Below are positions 21,334 to 31,800 of a stretch of 64,000 nucleotides of DNA, in pieces. The DNA lies in NCBI GenBank assembly GCA_963777505.1, contig CAVZQN010000004.1, positions 1,696,001-1,760,000 of the forward strand. The letters are read 5' to 3'. A program made the translations under genes and the position numbers. Under the pieces are notes generated by a model. It did not search any database. It was given only the letters and a program-made list of their open reading frames with translations, and was not told where the DNA came from. This DNA is from an uncultured bacterium. Lineage in GTDB: Bacteria > Acidobacteriota > HRBIN11 > JAKEFK01. Every line of letters begins with the position of its first letter. Position 1 is the stretch's first letter.

Positions 21334-22657
21334 AGCGAATCGAATCGGCTTGAATCGATGCCATCTCTTCGGTGACTGTCGATTGAATCTTCACATTCTG
21401 GAGTTGAACAAAAACCGGAGCCGATTGGGACTTAAATTCTGCAAGCTCACCTGGAGTTAATGGCTCTGCTTGCGGCGATTTAATGCTGAGGAAGTTTATG
21501 TATTTTCCTTTCTTCATGAACCGGAAATCAAGATGTGGTCCGGTTGCCAATCCAGTTGAACCAACGTAACCAATTACCTGACCTTGTGAAACAGAAGCGC
21601 CTGAGCGAACTCCGCTCGCATAACGGGATAAATGGCAATAAACAGTTGTGATGTCGCGATCATGTTGAATTTTTACTGTCTTGCCTGCACCACCGGCCCA
21701 GCCTGCAAGAATCACTTTGCCTTTGCCGATCGCTCTTACAGGTGTTCCGGACGGGGCTGCGTAATCGATTCCATAATGAGGACGATATCTTTTTAAAACC
21801 GGATGATAACGGCGTGCTGTAAATCCTGAACTAACACGGCTGAACTTCATTGGAGATGCAAGAAAAGCCTTCTTCATCGCTTTTCCATCGGGCGAAAAGA
21901 ACTCCCAATTATTTTTGTGCTGATAACCAACGGCCTGATAGGGCTTTTCTTTGTTTATGAGTTCTGCTGCCAGGATCTTTCCGTATCCATAATGTTGTCC
22001 ACGAACAAACTGCTTTTCATAAATAATGCGGAATGTATCGCCTGCTTTTAAGTCTTTAAAGAAATCCACATCCCATTCAAAGATTTCTGCAAAACGGATC
22101 ACAAGCTCATCTTCTTCACCCAGCTTATCGATTGTGCTGTAGAGTGAACCCTGAATCTCACCGCCAAGTTCGTGCACTTCTACATCGGCAGTATAGCGCT
22201 CCATTTCAGCGCGGATCGTATTATCTACAAAATTGACAACCAGCTTTTGAAAGGGATCAATCGTATACTCAAGTTTGGAGAATTGTTCGTCCGGAGTTCG
22301 CGTAATCACGAGAGTTTTGCCGGCGCCGATCCGGGCAAGATTATAAACATCCTTCGCGCCATCATAAATCTGCAAAATCGTTTCAGAATTAAAGCCCTGG
22401 GATTCCATGACTTCACTAAATGTCTGGTTTCTGCCAATAACGACTTCTTGAATTTTGGGCTCCGGCTTCGGTGGTGGCTTATGTTCAAACTTTGGCACGG
22501 GCGGAGCAACAGACATTAAGGTCGCATTCGTGTTCAGGGTTAACTTGCTGGATAAGTCCCTGTAGGCGAGATACAGCACGGACGACAGTAGGAATAGGAC
22601 TATCACGACGCCGTGATATATGGAAATACGTGTACGGTTCTTTGGTTCCTCTCTCAT
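21314..22657 (-). CDS. M23 family peptidoglycan DD-endopeptidase (MepM-like)
   Basis: N-terminal TM; HYGIDY, YCHLS, GPHLDF. Confidence 0.9.
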   Translation of the reverse strand: MREEPKNRTRISIYHGVVIVLFLLSSVLYLAYRDLSSKLTLNTNATLMSVAPPVPKFEHKPPPKPEPKIQEVVIGRNQTFSEVMESQGFNSETILQIYDGAKDVYNLARIGAGKTLVITRTPDEQFSKLEYTIDPFQKLVVNFVDNTIRAEMERYTADVEVHELGGEIQGSLYSTIDKLGEEDELVIRFAEIFEWDVDFFKDLKAGDTFRIIYEKQFVRGQHYGYGKILAAELINKEKPYQAVGYQHKNNWEFFSPDGKAMKKAFLASPMKFSRVSSGFTARRYHPVLKRYRPHYGIDYAAPSGTPVRAIGKGKVILAGWAGGAGKTVKIQHDRDITTVYCHLSRYASGVRSGASVSQGQVIGYVGSTGLATGPHLDFRFMKKGKYINFLSIKSPQAEPLTPGELAEFKSQSAPVFVQLQNVKIQSTVTEEMASIQADSIRFTENTN

Positions 22658-22806
22658 TATCCCATGTCTTAGATAACAGTATTTTCCGGGTTTGTCAATA
22701 AAAATCTGTTCATCATAATACTATCTTCCTCGTATAGACGTAATAACTCCAAGTTTCTGCGGTAAGAAAAGTCTATGTTAGAATGTCATGTTTATTTAGA
22801 CGCGCT

Positions 22807-23046
22807 ATGGAAGAATTAAGCCAAAAGGAAGTAGATATACTAAGGTTTATCCGGAATCAACGCCACAAGACTACCGTTGAGGAAATTGCCCGCGGCCTGA
22901 ACTTATCTCCGCCGGACGTGCAGGTATTTGTAAGCGGCATGATGGCGCAAGATCTTTTAAAGGTGGTTCCTGGAAACCGGCGAGCCGATGATGGCTATTA
23001 TACAAATCCCGAGGCGCGGGAAAAGATTTACGATCTTCTCGGGTGA
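22807..23046 (+). CDS. Small winged-HTH protein
   Basis: LSQKEVDILRFI...TVEEIARGLNLS pattern. Confidence 0.6.
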   Translation: MEELSQKEVDILRFIRNQRHKTTVEEIARGLNLSPPDVQVFVSGMMAQDLLKVVPGNRRADDGYYTNPEAREKIYDLLG

Positions 23047-23082
23047 TTCTCAGCGCGTACTATCCTTCCACATAAAGGATCC

Positions 23083-24210
23083 ATGAAAGTATTAACACCG
23101 GTCACACATAGTTTTCGCTTGCACGAATTCCAGGGCTCTGTTCCTGTTCAGGTCAACTTCAAGCCGAAACCACATTTATTTACAGTCGATATTTACTCAT
23201 ATTTGCGCCAGGAACACCCTCATACACATTTAGGATGGTGGTCATTTCAACTGCCGCCTGGAAGCCGTTTGATTCAAGTTCATGTGGATTTTCGAAACAT
23301 CAGCCAGCAATCCGTTAAGTTGATCGTGGATGGCAACAAAATTCTATGCGGCGATCACTGGCTGAATCCTTCCTATTTGTTTGATCCTTTGCAAGATCTC
23401 CAACTCGTTTTGAGGGATGGGGCCTTGAATATTGAGCAACTCGAGCATGTGATCATGAAGATTGATGATCCTCAAGTGCTCAAGCAGTTCTATGCGAGAC
23501 TGCATGCGACCGGTGGTTATGGCAGTCCTTTGCCATTTTTGCCGACAATGCATTATTACAAACTTGATGTATTGAAGAAGCTGTTTACGAAATTCATACC
23601 CGCCGGCGGGAATGCACTCGATCTTGGCTGCGGACGTTGCCTTTTTACAGACATTCAGCCGAACTGGCCATTTAAGATTTTTGCAGGTGATCTGGATACG
23701 GGTTTAATCAAAGAGCGTAAAGCGGAAGTGCCACAAAATTATTGGTTTATTTCTGATGTTTTAAACGTTCCATTTCGAAATGATTATTTTGACGGGCTAT
23801 TTGTTGGTGAAATTATCGAACACGTGAATGATCCGGGGCTCGTCTTAAAGGAATGGAGACGGGTTTTAAAGCCAGGTGGAATTTTGATTTTAACGACTCC
23901 GAATCGCGAACGGCTCCTTGCATTAATTGAAGGAAGGGAACGCCCTTATTCGCCCGATCATTTACGTGAACTGTCGTACAAAGAACTTAGGGATGAAGTA
24001 CTTCCCAGTGCCGGATTTAAAGTTCTGATCAGTACAGGAATTTATCTTGAGGTACTGTTAAACTGGCTGAGTGGAAATCCACGACGCGATTATCTTCAGG
24101 CAGAATGGAATAAAGATAAGTATGTGCCTCTGATGAAGGTGTTTAACAGGCTTGGGCGCGTTTTTCCACAATATTCACTGGATATGATTTTCGTATGTCA
24201 AAAATTGTAA
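23083..24210 (+). CDS. Class I SAM-dependent methyltransferase with unknown N-terminal domain
   Basis: LDLGCG, EIIEHV, RVLKPGG, LTTPN. Confidence 0.85.
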   Translation: MKVLTPVTHSFRLHEFQGSVPVQVNFKPKPHLFTVDIYSYLRQEHPHTHLGWWSFQLPPGSRLIQVHVDFRNISQQSVKLIVDGNKILCGDHWLNPSYLFDPLQDLQLVLRDGALNIEQLEHVIMKIDDPQVLKQFYARLHATGGYGSPLPFLPTMHYYKLDVLKKLFTKFIPAGGNALDLGCGRCLFTDIQPNWPFKIFAGDLDTGLIKERKAEVPQNYWFISDVLNVPFRNDYFDGLFVGEIIEHVNDPGLVLKEWRRVLKPGGILILTTPNRERLLALIEGRERPYSPDHLRELSYKELRDEVLPSAGFKVLISTGIYLEVLLNWLSGNPRRDYLQAEWNKDKYVPLMKVFNRLGRVFPQYSLDMIFVCQKL

Positions 24211-24797
24211 GTATTATTATTGTAATACTATTCTTATCGTACGACATTTTTGCTATCGATACGTACATTATCCGCCCGGTGGTTCGTAAAGAGTATGAAA
24301 TCAAGGAAGATCAAGTTTACTTCCGCAGCGGAAATGGAGGAATCATTGTAAAATGCATCCGCCCGAGCGATGTACCTCCCTATTATGCCGCTCGCGGTGC
24401 TGACTGGATCGGCAATCCGTTTGCACGTTCTGAATTCGCAAGTCCAACACTTTTTCTCATAACTATATTTAACCGGACGAATGGAAATGCTACATTCACA
24501 CCGGGTCTGGTTACGATAAAAATCAGAGATGAAGCCTCGTTTCCAGTGGACTACATAATGCTCACACAGGTGCTTGAAGGTTTGTCTTCACGTGAAAAAA
24601 AAGTGTTAGAAGACTCAATCTTTCATTCCCCCGAAACGATCAAGGCAGGTCAAGTAGTCAGTAAATTCTTGATGTTTCCTACTTTACCTGACAAGAATTT
24701 GGACTTTCGACTCGAATTCGACTACCTCTACTTCGAATCAAAAGAAGTACGCGCAAAATTCTATTTCACAAAAGAACGGATCCGTGTCAAAGAATAA
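24195..24797 (+). CDS. Exported hypothetical protein
   Basis: Signal-peptide-like N-terminus; overlaps both neighbours (translational coupling). Confidence 0.65.
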   Translation: MSKIVSIIIVILFLSYDIFAIDTYIIRPVVRKEYEIKEDQVYFRSGNGGIIVKCIRPSDVPPYYAARGADWIGNPFARSEFASPTLFLITIFNRTNGNATFTPGLVTIKIRDEASFPVDYIMLTQVLEGLSSREKKVLEDSIFHSPETIKAGQVVSKFLMFPTLPDKNLDFRLEFDYLYFESKEVRAKFYFTKERIRVKE

Positions 24798-25707
24798 ATT
24801 CAGCTTTTACCGCAAAGCCACAAAGATCTTTCTGATACTTTCGCTCGCTGCGACAGTATTCGCATCTGAACATCCGAGAGTCGTTGTCCTTGGAATTGCT
24901 CAGGATGGCGGAGTTCCCCAAATTGGATGCACACAAAATATCTGTCGTACCTCAAAACATTTTGTAAGCTCGTTAGCTCTAATAGATGAGAATTCGCTTT
25001 TCTTAATCGATGCAACACCTGATCTGCGGCAGCAGCATTCCGAACTTACCAGGCGCTATCCAAACGCGGTGAGGCCGAATTTGTTTGATGGGATCTTGCT
25101 TACGCATGCGCATATGGGACACTATGCCGGTCTGCTTTACCTGGGAAAAGAATCAATTTCAACAAAAAAAGTTCCTGTGTTTTGCAGCGCTGAAATGGCA
25201 GATTATCTTACGCGCAATCATCCTTGGAGTTTGCTCGTTTCAAATGGAAACATCGAGATCCGTATTTTCGAAGCAGACAAACCAATTCAACTAGGATCCT
25301 TTACAGTGACACCGATCGCCGTTCCTCATCGCAAGGAATTTACCGATACTCACGGGTTCATCATTCGGAATTCTCAGAATTCACTTGTTTATGTTCCTGA
25401 TATTGATTCATGGGATCCTGTCCGTGAAAAAATATCCAGCTTACTTTCGAAAAATACATACGCACTTCTGGATGGAACGTTTTATTCGGGGAAGGAATTG
25501 CCCGGACGCAACATGCGTCTTGTACCCCATCCTACAATTGAAAGCTCTTTGGAATTTTTGAAAGGAATTCCACCATTTCAATGCAAGATATATTTCACGC
25601 ATCTGAATCACACAAACCCGCTGCTGGATTCAAGCTCAACTGAGTCTTCAGCCTTCGGAGATACTGCTTACCAGATTGCTCAGGAATGGCAGGAATTTAA
25701 ACTGTAG
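24784..25707 (+). CDS. PqqB-like metallo-beta-lactamase fold hydrolase, probably exported
   Basis: VLGIAQDGGVPQIGC, IDATPD, THAHMGH, THLNHTN; hydrophobic N-terminus ending VFA. Confidence 0.82.
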   Translation: MSKNKFSFYRKATKIFLILSLAATVFASEHPRVVVLGIAQDGGVPQIGCTQNICRTSKHFVSSLALIDENSLFLIDATPDLRQQHSELTRRYPNAVRPNLFDGILLTHAHMGHYAGLLYLGKESISTKKVPVFCSAEMADYLTRNHPWSLLVSNGNIEIRIFEADKPIQLGSFTVTPIAVPHRKEFTDTHGFIIRNSQNSLVYVPDIDSWDPVREKISSLLSKNTYALLDGTFYSGKELPGRNMRLVPHPTIESSLEFLKGIPPFQCKIYFTHLNHTNPLLDSSSTESSAFGDTAYQIAQEWQEFKL

Positions 25708-25718
25708 ATTTCTAAATA

Positions 25719-27215
25719 ATGAAAAGAATTTCAATACTAATCGCATCTGCAATTGTACTTTCATTTTTCTATTTGAATTTGAGCGCAAAAACTTCGCAAA
25801 GGATTGTAGGTTTAATTCAGAATCGGCAACTGGTGGTGGAACCAGAGTTCTATAAGAAACAGACGTTACAACCTGAGACAATCGGTGAAAAACTCATCGC
25901 GCAAATCATTCCACAATCCAGCCCGGCTCAAACACAAACACAAACGCAAAGTCAAACTCAAACTCAAACTCAAACCCAGACTCAGAGCCAAACCCAGACC
26001 CAAACACAGACTCAGGCCCAATATCTTTTCATTGGATTTCCGCTGCAGCATTCATGGAAATATAAAACGAATGCGCCTATTGTTGCTCAACCTCAAACCG
26101 ATACAGTCACGGTTTATATCGCTTCAAAAGCGGGAGGTATCCATCGCGTTCAACAATTGGATGGGAAAATGGTTTGGCGAGCAAATGTAGGTGACAACGT
26201 TGAAGATGCTTTTCTTTTGTTGAATAGAACACTCTATGTAGGAACAACTGGAGGCAGAATTCATGCAATTTCTGCCGATCTTGGCAAATCAATCTGGAAA
26301 AAAGAATTTTCGGAAGAAAGTTTCTTAACTCGTCCTGCAGTGGATGAGGAAAATCTCTATTTCGTAAGTCAAAAGGGTTCAGTTCTCTGCATCAATCAAA
26401 AAACAGGAGCAGCTGTGTGGCGTTATAAAGCTCAAGGTCCGTGTCTCACCGCCGCATGGATCTACGATAAAAAGGTGTTTGCAGGCTGTAATGATAAAAA
26501 TCTTTATGCACTGGACGCAGTAGCAGGATTTGTAAAATGGAAGTTTACTGCTCCCGTTGAAATTCAAGGCTCACCTGTGGCCGGTCCTGAAGGTGTATTT
26601 TTCGGAAGTGAAGATGGTAATTTTTATGCGCTTGATTTAGAAACCGGACAATTAAAGTGGAAGTATAAAACAGGCGGAGCCATTCGCGGTGTTCCTATGT
26701 TTTATAAGGATGAAGAGTTAGGACTGATTGAAGACATCATCACGCCATCCTTCGATAATTTTTTATATAGTCTTAAAATCAAAAATGGCGGAAGAAGTTG
26801 GTTGAGTCCCACAGCAGCAAGAGTGTATACACGGATGCACCTGGATCGTGCATTAATTTTTCTTACTCCTTTTGGGTCTAACGTTTTAGGATACGATCCG
26901 CATACAGGACAAGTTGTGGGAGATTTTAATCCTGGAAACAGAATTCGGTCGGCTCCTAATACCGCAAGTGACAGATTATTTTTAGGACTCAATGATGGCC
27001 GGCTGGTTTGTCTTACACGACAGCCTCCTCCACCTCCTGAATCTGAAGAATCTCAGACTCAGACTCAAACTCAGACACAAACGCAGACTCAAACCCAAAC
27101 TGAGACGCAAACTGAGCCTGAAGAACAAACCGAGCCTATGTTAGAATCACAAACGCAGACCCAAACTCAAACTCAAACCCAGAGTCAGATGCAAACTCAA
27201 ACGTCTGTTAATTGA
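25719..27215 (+). CDS. PQQ-like beta-propeller (BamB-like) protein with Gln-Thr repeat tracts
   Basis: Repeated YALDxxxGxxKW blades, signal/TM segment, two (QT)n tracts. Confidence 0.82.
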   Translation: MKRISILIASAIVLSFFYLNLSAKTSQRIVGLIQNRQLVVEPEFYKKQTLQPETIGEKLIAQIIPQSSPAQTQTQTQSQTQTQTQTQTQSQTQTQTQTQAQYLFIGFPLQHSWKYKTNAPIVAQPQTDTVTVYIASKAGGIHRVQQLDGKMVWRANVGDNVEDAFLLLNRTLYVGTTGGRIHAISADLGKSIWKKEFSEESFLTRPAVDEENLYFVSQKGSVLCINQKTGAAVWRYKAQGPCLTAAWIYDKKVFAGCNDKNLYALDAVAGFVKWKFTAPVEIQGSPVAGPEGVFFGSEDGNFYALDLETGQLKWKYKTGGAIRGVPMFYKDEELGLIEDIITPSFDNFLYSLKIKNGGRSWLSPTAARVYTRMHLDRALIFLTPFGSNVLGYDPHTGQVVGDFNPGNRIRSAPNTASDRLFLGLNDGRLVCLTRQPPPPPESEESQTQTQTQTQTQTQTQTETQTEPEEQTEPMLESQTQTQTQTQTQSQMQTQTSVN

Positions 27216-27478
27216 AAATGGAATCATTACATAAGCCGATAAGTTTTAAGCCGCCGGAAAAGAAAATATTTAAGTCTGGCGACGTTGCGCCAGTGAGCGG
27301 AAACTACAGATTTGAAAAACATGATTCTGTAGTTCAAAGCTGTGTTCCACGATTGGGCGTCTACGTTCATCTTTTGAAAGGGATGAAAGTCCCTCTGCAT
27401 GATGACTGCTTGCAATCTTCAACATGGTCCTTGATGACCGTGACTGAAGAAGATCCCGAAGCGATGTTGAAGCGATGA
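27212..27478 (+). CDS. Small hypothetical protein (YjzC-like)
   Basis: FKSGDVAPVSGNY...C...P...C...W pattern. Confidence 0.5.
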   Translation: MKMESLHKPISFKPPEKKIFKSGDVAPVSGNYRFEKHDSVVQSCVPRLGVYVHLLKGMKVPLHDDCLQSSTWSLMTVTEEDPEAMLKR

Positions 27479-27495
27479 TCTTTGCGTCTTTGCGG

Positions 27496-28707
27496 TTAAT
27501 CTAAACGCCTTCGTATCACACGTGCTAAACGATTCACACCCTCTTTAATCCGATCAGGTGGTTCGGCAGAGAACGCAAGGCGGAGGTAGTTTTGCGCGGA
27601 ATTATCGCAAGTGAAGGGTCTGCCAATGATGTAGGATACTTTCTCCTTGGTGATTGCTTCTTCAAGAAAACTTTCGGAATCCAATGTTTCAGGAAGTTTT
27701 AACCATACAAAAAAACCTCCCGATGGATGTGTCCAGGTTAGTGATTCAGGCATATGTTCTGATAAAGATTTTTGGATTGTATCTCCGCGTTCTGCGTAAA
27801 ACTTTCGCAGTGTTTGCAGATGTTCTGTGAATTCCGGTGAATCACAGAATTGTTTTACAATGCGTTGGTCCAGCATTGAACTGCATAAATCTGCTGCTTC
27901 TTTTGCGAGTTCTACCTTGCGCAGCAATGGTTCGGGTGCAGTAATCCAACCCGTTCGAAAAGTTGGAGCCACAATTTTTGAAAAAGTGCCAAGATAAAAT
28001 GTAAGATCCGGAATCAAGGTTGCGATCGGAGGCGGGGGAGGGTTTTTCGGATCAAAATAGATTTCACCATAAGGATCATCTTCAATAATGTAAGCATTCC
28101 AGCGTTGTGCTATTTCGGCTACTTCCTTGCGGCGTTCTGCAGAAATACTCACTCCCGATGGATTCTGGAAATTACTGATCAGATAGATCAACCTGTTCTT
28201 ATCGGAAGGAGCTGATCGGAGCTGGCTTTCAAGATCTGCGGGAACGATGCCATATTCATCTTGAGCAACGGGAATCATTCTTCCGCCGCTTTTTTTGAAA
28301 ACCGCAAGAGCGCCAATATAGGTTGGGGTTTCAACAAAAATCAGGTCACCAGGATCGATCAAAACTTCGGTGATTAAATCCAGAGCCTGTTGTGATCCAG
28401 TCGTGCACATCAGGTTGTCAGGTGTGCATTCAATTTGAACCTTGCGAAGATAATTGCAAATCCATTCAACTAGCGGTCGATAACCGGAAGTCATTCCATA
28501 CTGCAAACTGCGTCCTTGATTATCGCGGATTTCGGAAGCTGCAATTTCGCCAAGCCGGTCCAATGGGAAGGTAGCAGGATCTGGCATTCCGCCAGCCAGT
28601 GAAATTAAGTCACGCCCGGCACCGGCAGCCAGTTTTGTCATAGCCCGAATGGCAGAAGGTTCCATTCGTCTGGCACGTTCGGAAAGATCAGGTTTATGCA
28701 TCTTCAT
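27496..28707 (-). CDS. PLP-dependent class I aminotransferase (LysN/2-aminoadipate transaminase-like)
   Basis: ISLAGGMP, GSQQAL, NFQNPSG, EDDPY, GTFSK, RLAFS. Confidence 0.9.
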   Translation of the reverse strand: MKMHKPDLSERARRMEPSAIRAMTKLAAGAGRDLISLAGGMPDPATFPLDRLGEIAASEIRDNQGRSLQYGMTSGYRPLVEWICNYLRKVQIECTPDNLMCTTGSQQALDLITEVLIDPGDLIFVETPTYIGALAVFKKSGGRMIPVAQDEYGIVPADLESQLRSAPSDKNRLIYLISNFQNPSGVSISAERRKEVAEIAQRWNAYIIEDDPYGEIYFDPKNPPPPPIATLIPDLTFYLGTFSKIVAPTFRTGWITAPEPLLRKVELAKEAADLCSSMLDQRIVKQFCDSPEFTEHLQTLRKFYAERGDTIQKSLSEHMPESLTWTHPSGGFFVWLKLPETLDSESFLEEAITKEKVSYIIGRPFTCDNSAQNYLRLAFSAEPPDRIKEGVNRLARVIRRRLD

Positions 28708-28716
28708 ATTATATTA

Positions 28717-28819
28717 GTAGTAAGGCACGCAGATCGACCGCATTTATGCGGTCGAGCAGTGCCGTGAAAACGGTCCTTTACGGCACTGCTTCGCTTCGCT
28801 CAGCTGCGTGCCTTACTAC
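28717..28819. repeat. GTAG-initiated palindromic REP-like element, family C
   Basis: GTAGTAAGGCACGCAG...CTGCGTGCCTTACTAC terminal inverted repeat with internal hairpins; half copy at 58034-58074. Confidence 0.75.
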
Positions 28820-28867
28820 AAACACGGGGCTTGCAACCGTCCCCGTCAACTCACTATTATCGACACA

Positions 28868-31800
28868 ATGAAGTGGTTCTCTCCTGAATTAAAACGCTGT
28901 CTCATTGTAGTTCCTTTTGCTCTGCTTTATTTTTGGCTGCGAACTGAGCCAAAGGTCCATGCAAGTTCAGGAACTCTCTTTCTCTCAGGTCTACTTTTTT
29001 TCTCAGTCATTCCTCTTCTTCTTCACATCATTGAAGGTAAGACACGTTATGTTGTTGCAATTCTTTGGGGCGCAATTGCCGCTCTGATCCTGTTTGAATT
29101 TTTTCAGTTGATTGCTTTCCGACAATATTCTGAGGAGAACTTTCGGCGTGAAGTAGAACGGAACGCAAAGGTTGTCCAAGCACGAACGACGCGCTTTTTA
29201 GAACAAGCCAGAACTGAGTTAACGGCTATACAAAACGAGCTTCGTCAAACTTCTGGAATGAATCCTGGAAGAGTTCAGATTTTACTTCAAGACAAATTCG
29301 GTAAGAGTCCGTACTGGTGGGGAGTCTATCGCGAAGGCCGCCTGCTTTCATGGAGAGGGCAGCCGAAAATGTCCGAAGATTTTCCAGCTTACGGTGCGGA
29401 AGAAGTTTCAGTCTACAACGCTTTGCATCAGCAATTCGTAAAAGTAAAACGCGAAATGAGCGTTCAGGAAGATCTTTATTATGCGGCAGTAATGTGGCCA
29501 ATTGCTGCAGATTACGGTGTTGAAAACGATTATTTGCGTTCATATAACCGTCTCACTGATGGACTTTCTCTGCGCCCACGACTCTTATATACAAGTTCTG
29601 AATCTTCGACCGGCTCGCCGGATCTTAAAATTGTAGAACTTGATATCACCGATGAATTTTCAATTTCGGCTGTATATGACAGGCAACACTATGGACAAAT
29701 GTTACAAGCGCGATTTGAATATCTGCACTGGTGGATGGAGTGTCTTGCTCTTGTTTTCCTTGTATATACATCGATTATTTTGACATTCAGCTTTGTGGGA
29801 ATTTGCGGACAGGAAGGCTGTCCGGGCCTGGTTTCTTACTGGTTCTCCTTTCTGCTTTGTTCAGTTTTGTCCGTACTCACAATTGGAACCTTCAATCAAT
29901 TCGGCTCGGGAACAATTTTTACAACACGAGTTTTTCACGTAGGCGGCTACGGCAATATTTTCCATACGCCAGGTCATCTTATTTTTTCAGCCTTCTTTGC
30001 ATTGAATGCGGTTTTCTCGTTGATTCTTCTATTCCGCAGATTAGGACTTCATCTGAAAGGAAGCAATAAAACCTTCAGATTGGTTGCTCTGTTTGTTGCG
30101 TCGTTTTTGTCGGGGTATCTATTTTGGGGTTACTTTAAGCTTCAAAAAGCCTTTGTTGCCGCTGGTGCAAATCAACTTACGCCTTTAACCATGCAGCAAA
30201 GCGATGTTGCGCGAACCTCAACTGCATTTGGCCTTTTATGGACCGATATTGCTTTCACTGTGGCCATCGCTCTTTTATTTTCGTTTTTTATAAGAAAGCT
30301 TCCGCTCAAAAAGTACAAAGCTCTTGCGGTTACATTGATTCAGGCATCGGCTTTTATCGCATTTTTTCTTATTTATAAGCCTGCAGCAAGTTTACCTGTT
30401 GGACTTATTGCAATCCTTTTCTTTGGAATTTCGCTCTTTGTATATTTCATTCCCCGCCTTTGGAGCTGGTTTGAGCAGGTTAATTTACTTACGAGATTTA
30501 TCACAACAATTGTGTTGTGTTCAGTAATCAGTTTTGTATTTTATTTTGGACGATTTCACTATGCTCAAAATTTCCAACGTAAATACATCGAGCGAGTCGC
30601 AGCGCTGCAGGTTTACGAGATTCGGAGACACGTGCAGGAAGCGGTTCGCCTCTCGCTTCAGGACCTTGATCGGGCAGTTCAAACGATGTCGCTGGATACA
30701 AGGATTCCAGATCTTGCATACAGGTTATGGATTCGTACGGAAATGTCCCGGCAGGGGTTGCGTTCTGCTGTAAGCCTCTACGACTTAAATGGCGAACTTG
30801 AAAGCCGTTTTTCACTTGCACTCCCATCACTCAACATCAATGTTATTGGACGATCGCAAGGTGAAAGCTGGAATACGCAATCGAGCGATGTCCAGTTTGG
30901 AACAATTAAGAAACCGATCCTGATCAGTGTTCGAATGGTTGGAAACTCGCATTATCTCGTTGTCGAAGCATTGGCCAATCATGAGAATCTTGCCTTTATT
31001 CCTTCTGTAAGCCCATTCCATGAGCTTTTTCGGACTTCACCGAAATTTCGAGCAGTTTTAGAGCCGGAACTAAATGTCTATGATTCCTTTTGGCATCCTG
31101 TTTATCAAACCGATCAAAAAATTTCACCACGAATTGATCGCGCAAGAGAAACTCTTGAACAGGTTCAATCCGCATGGATTCGGGAGACTTCGGAAGGAGA
31201 TCAATATGACGTTTATTACTTCCGGATGCAAGGCGGCTTTTCTGCGCTTGCAGTTCCTGTGAGGAAAAACTTAACTCACCTTGTGCAATTGATTGATTTA
31301 ACCGTTCTGAACTTTTTCTGGCTACTCGCTTTCACTCTGACTTTTGTATTTTTCTTCAAGCCATACTTGATGCTTCATTTTCAGGCAGAAACACCCATAC
31401 GGTTCAGCTTCTTTCAAAAGATGCTGATTGGCTTCGCTTTGTTTTCTATTGTGCCAATGATTGTGCTGACAGCTCTTGTCAGGAATTATGTTTGGGAAAA
31501 GCGTACAGCAGAAGTGACAGCACGTGCGTTGAATTCGTTTTTAGTCGTTTCTGAAACTATTACTCAATACCTTTACGGCCCTGGCGCAACAGCATCTTCC
31601 AATGATACTCCCGTAGATAATTCGGTGGCTGAATTGTTGGGGCAAGTTGTAAAGCAGGATGTCAGCTTCTTTATGCGACGTGACCTGATGGCAACAAGCC
31701 GGGAAGAAATGTATTCCGCGGGATTACTTGCAGAACTAATCGATGGTCGAGCTGATGTGGAGCTGACTTTGCGCGGACAAAAACACAGCATCAGCGAAAG

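Noticed and set aside
24784-27215. PQQ biosynthesis locus
   Set aside because: No pqqA, C, D or E seen; the propeller lacks dehydrogenase features.
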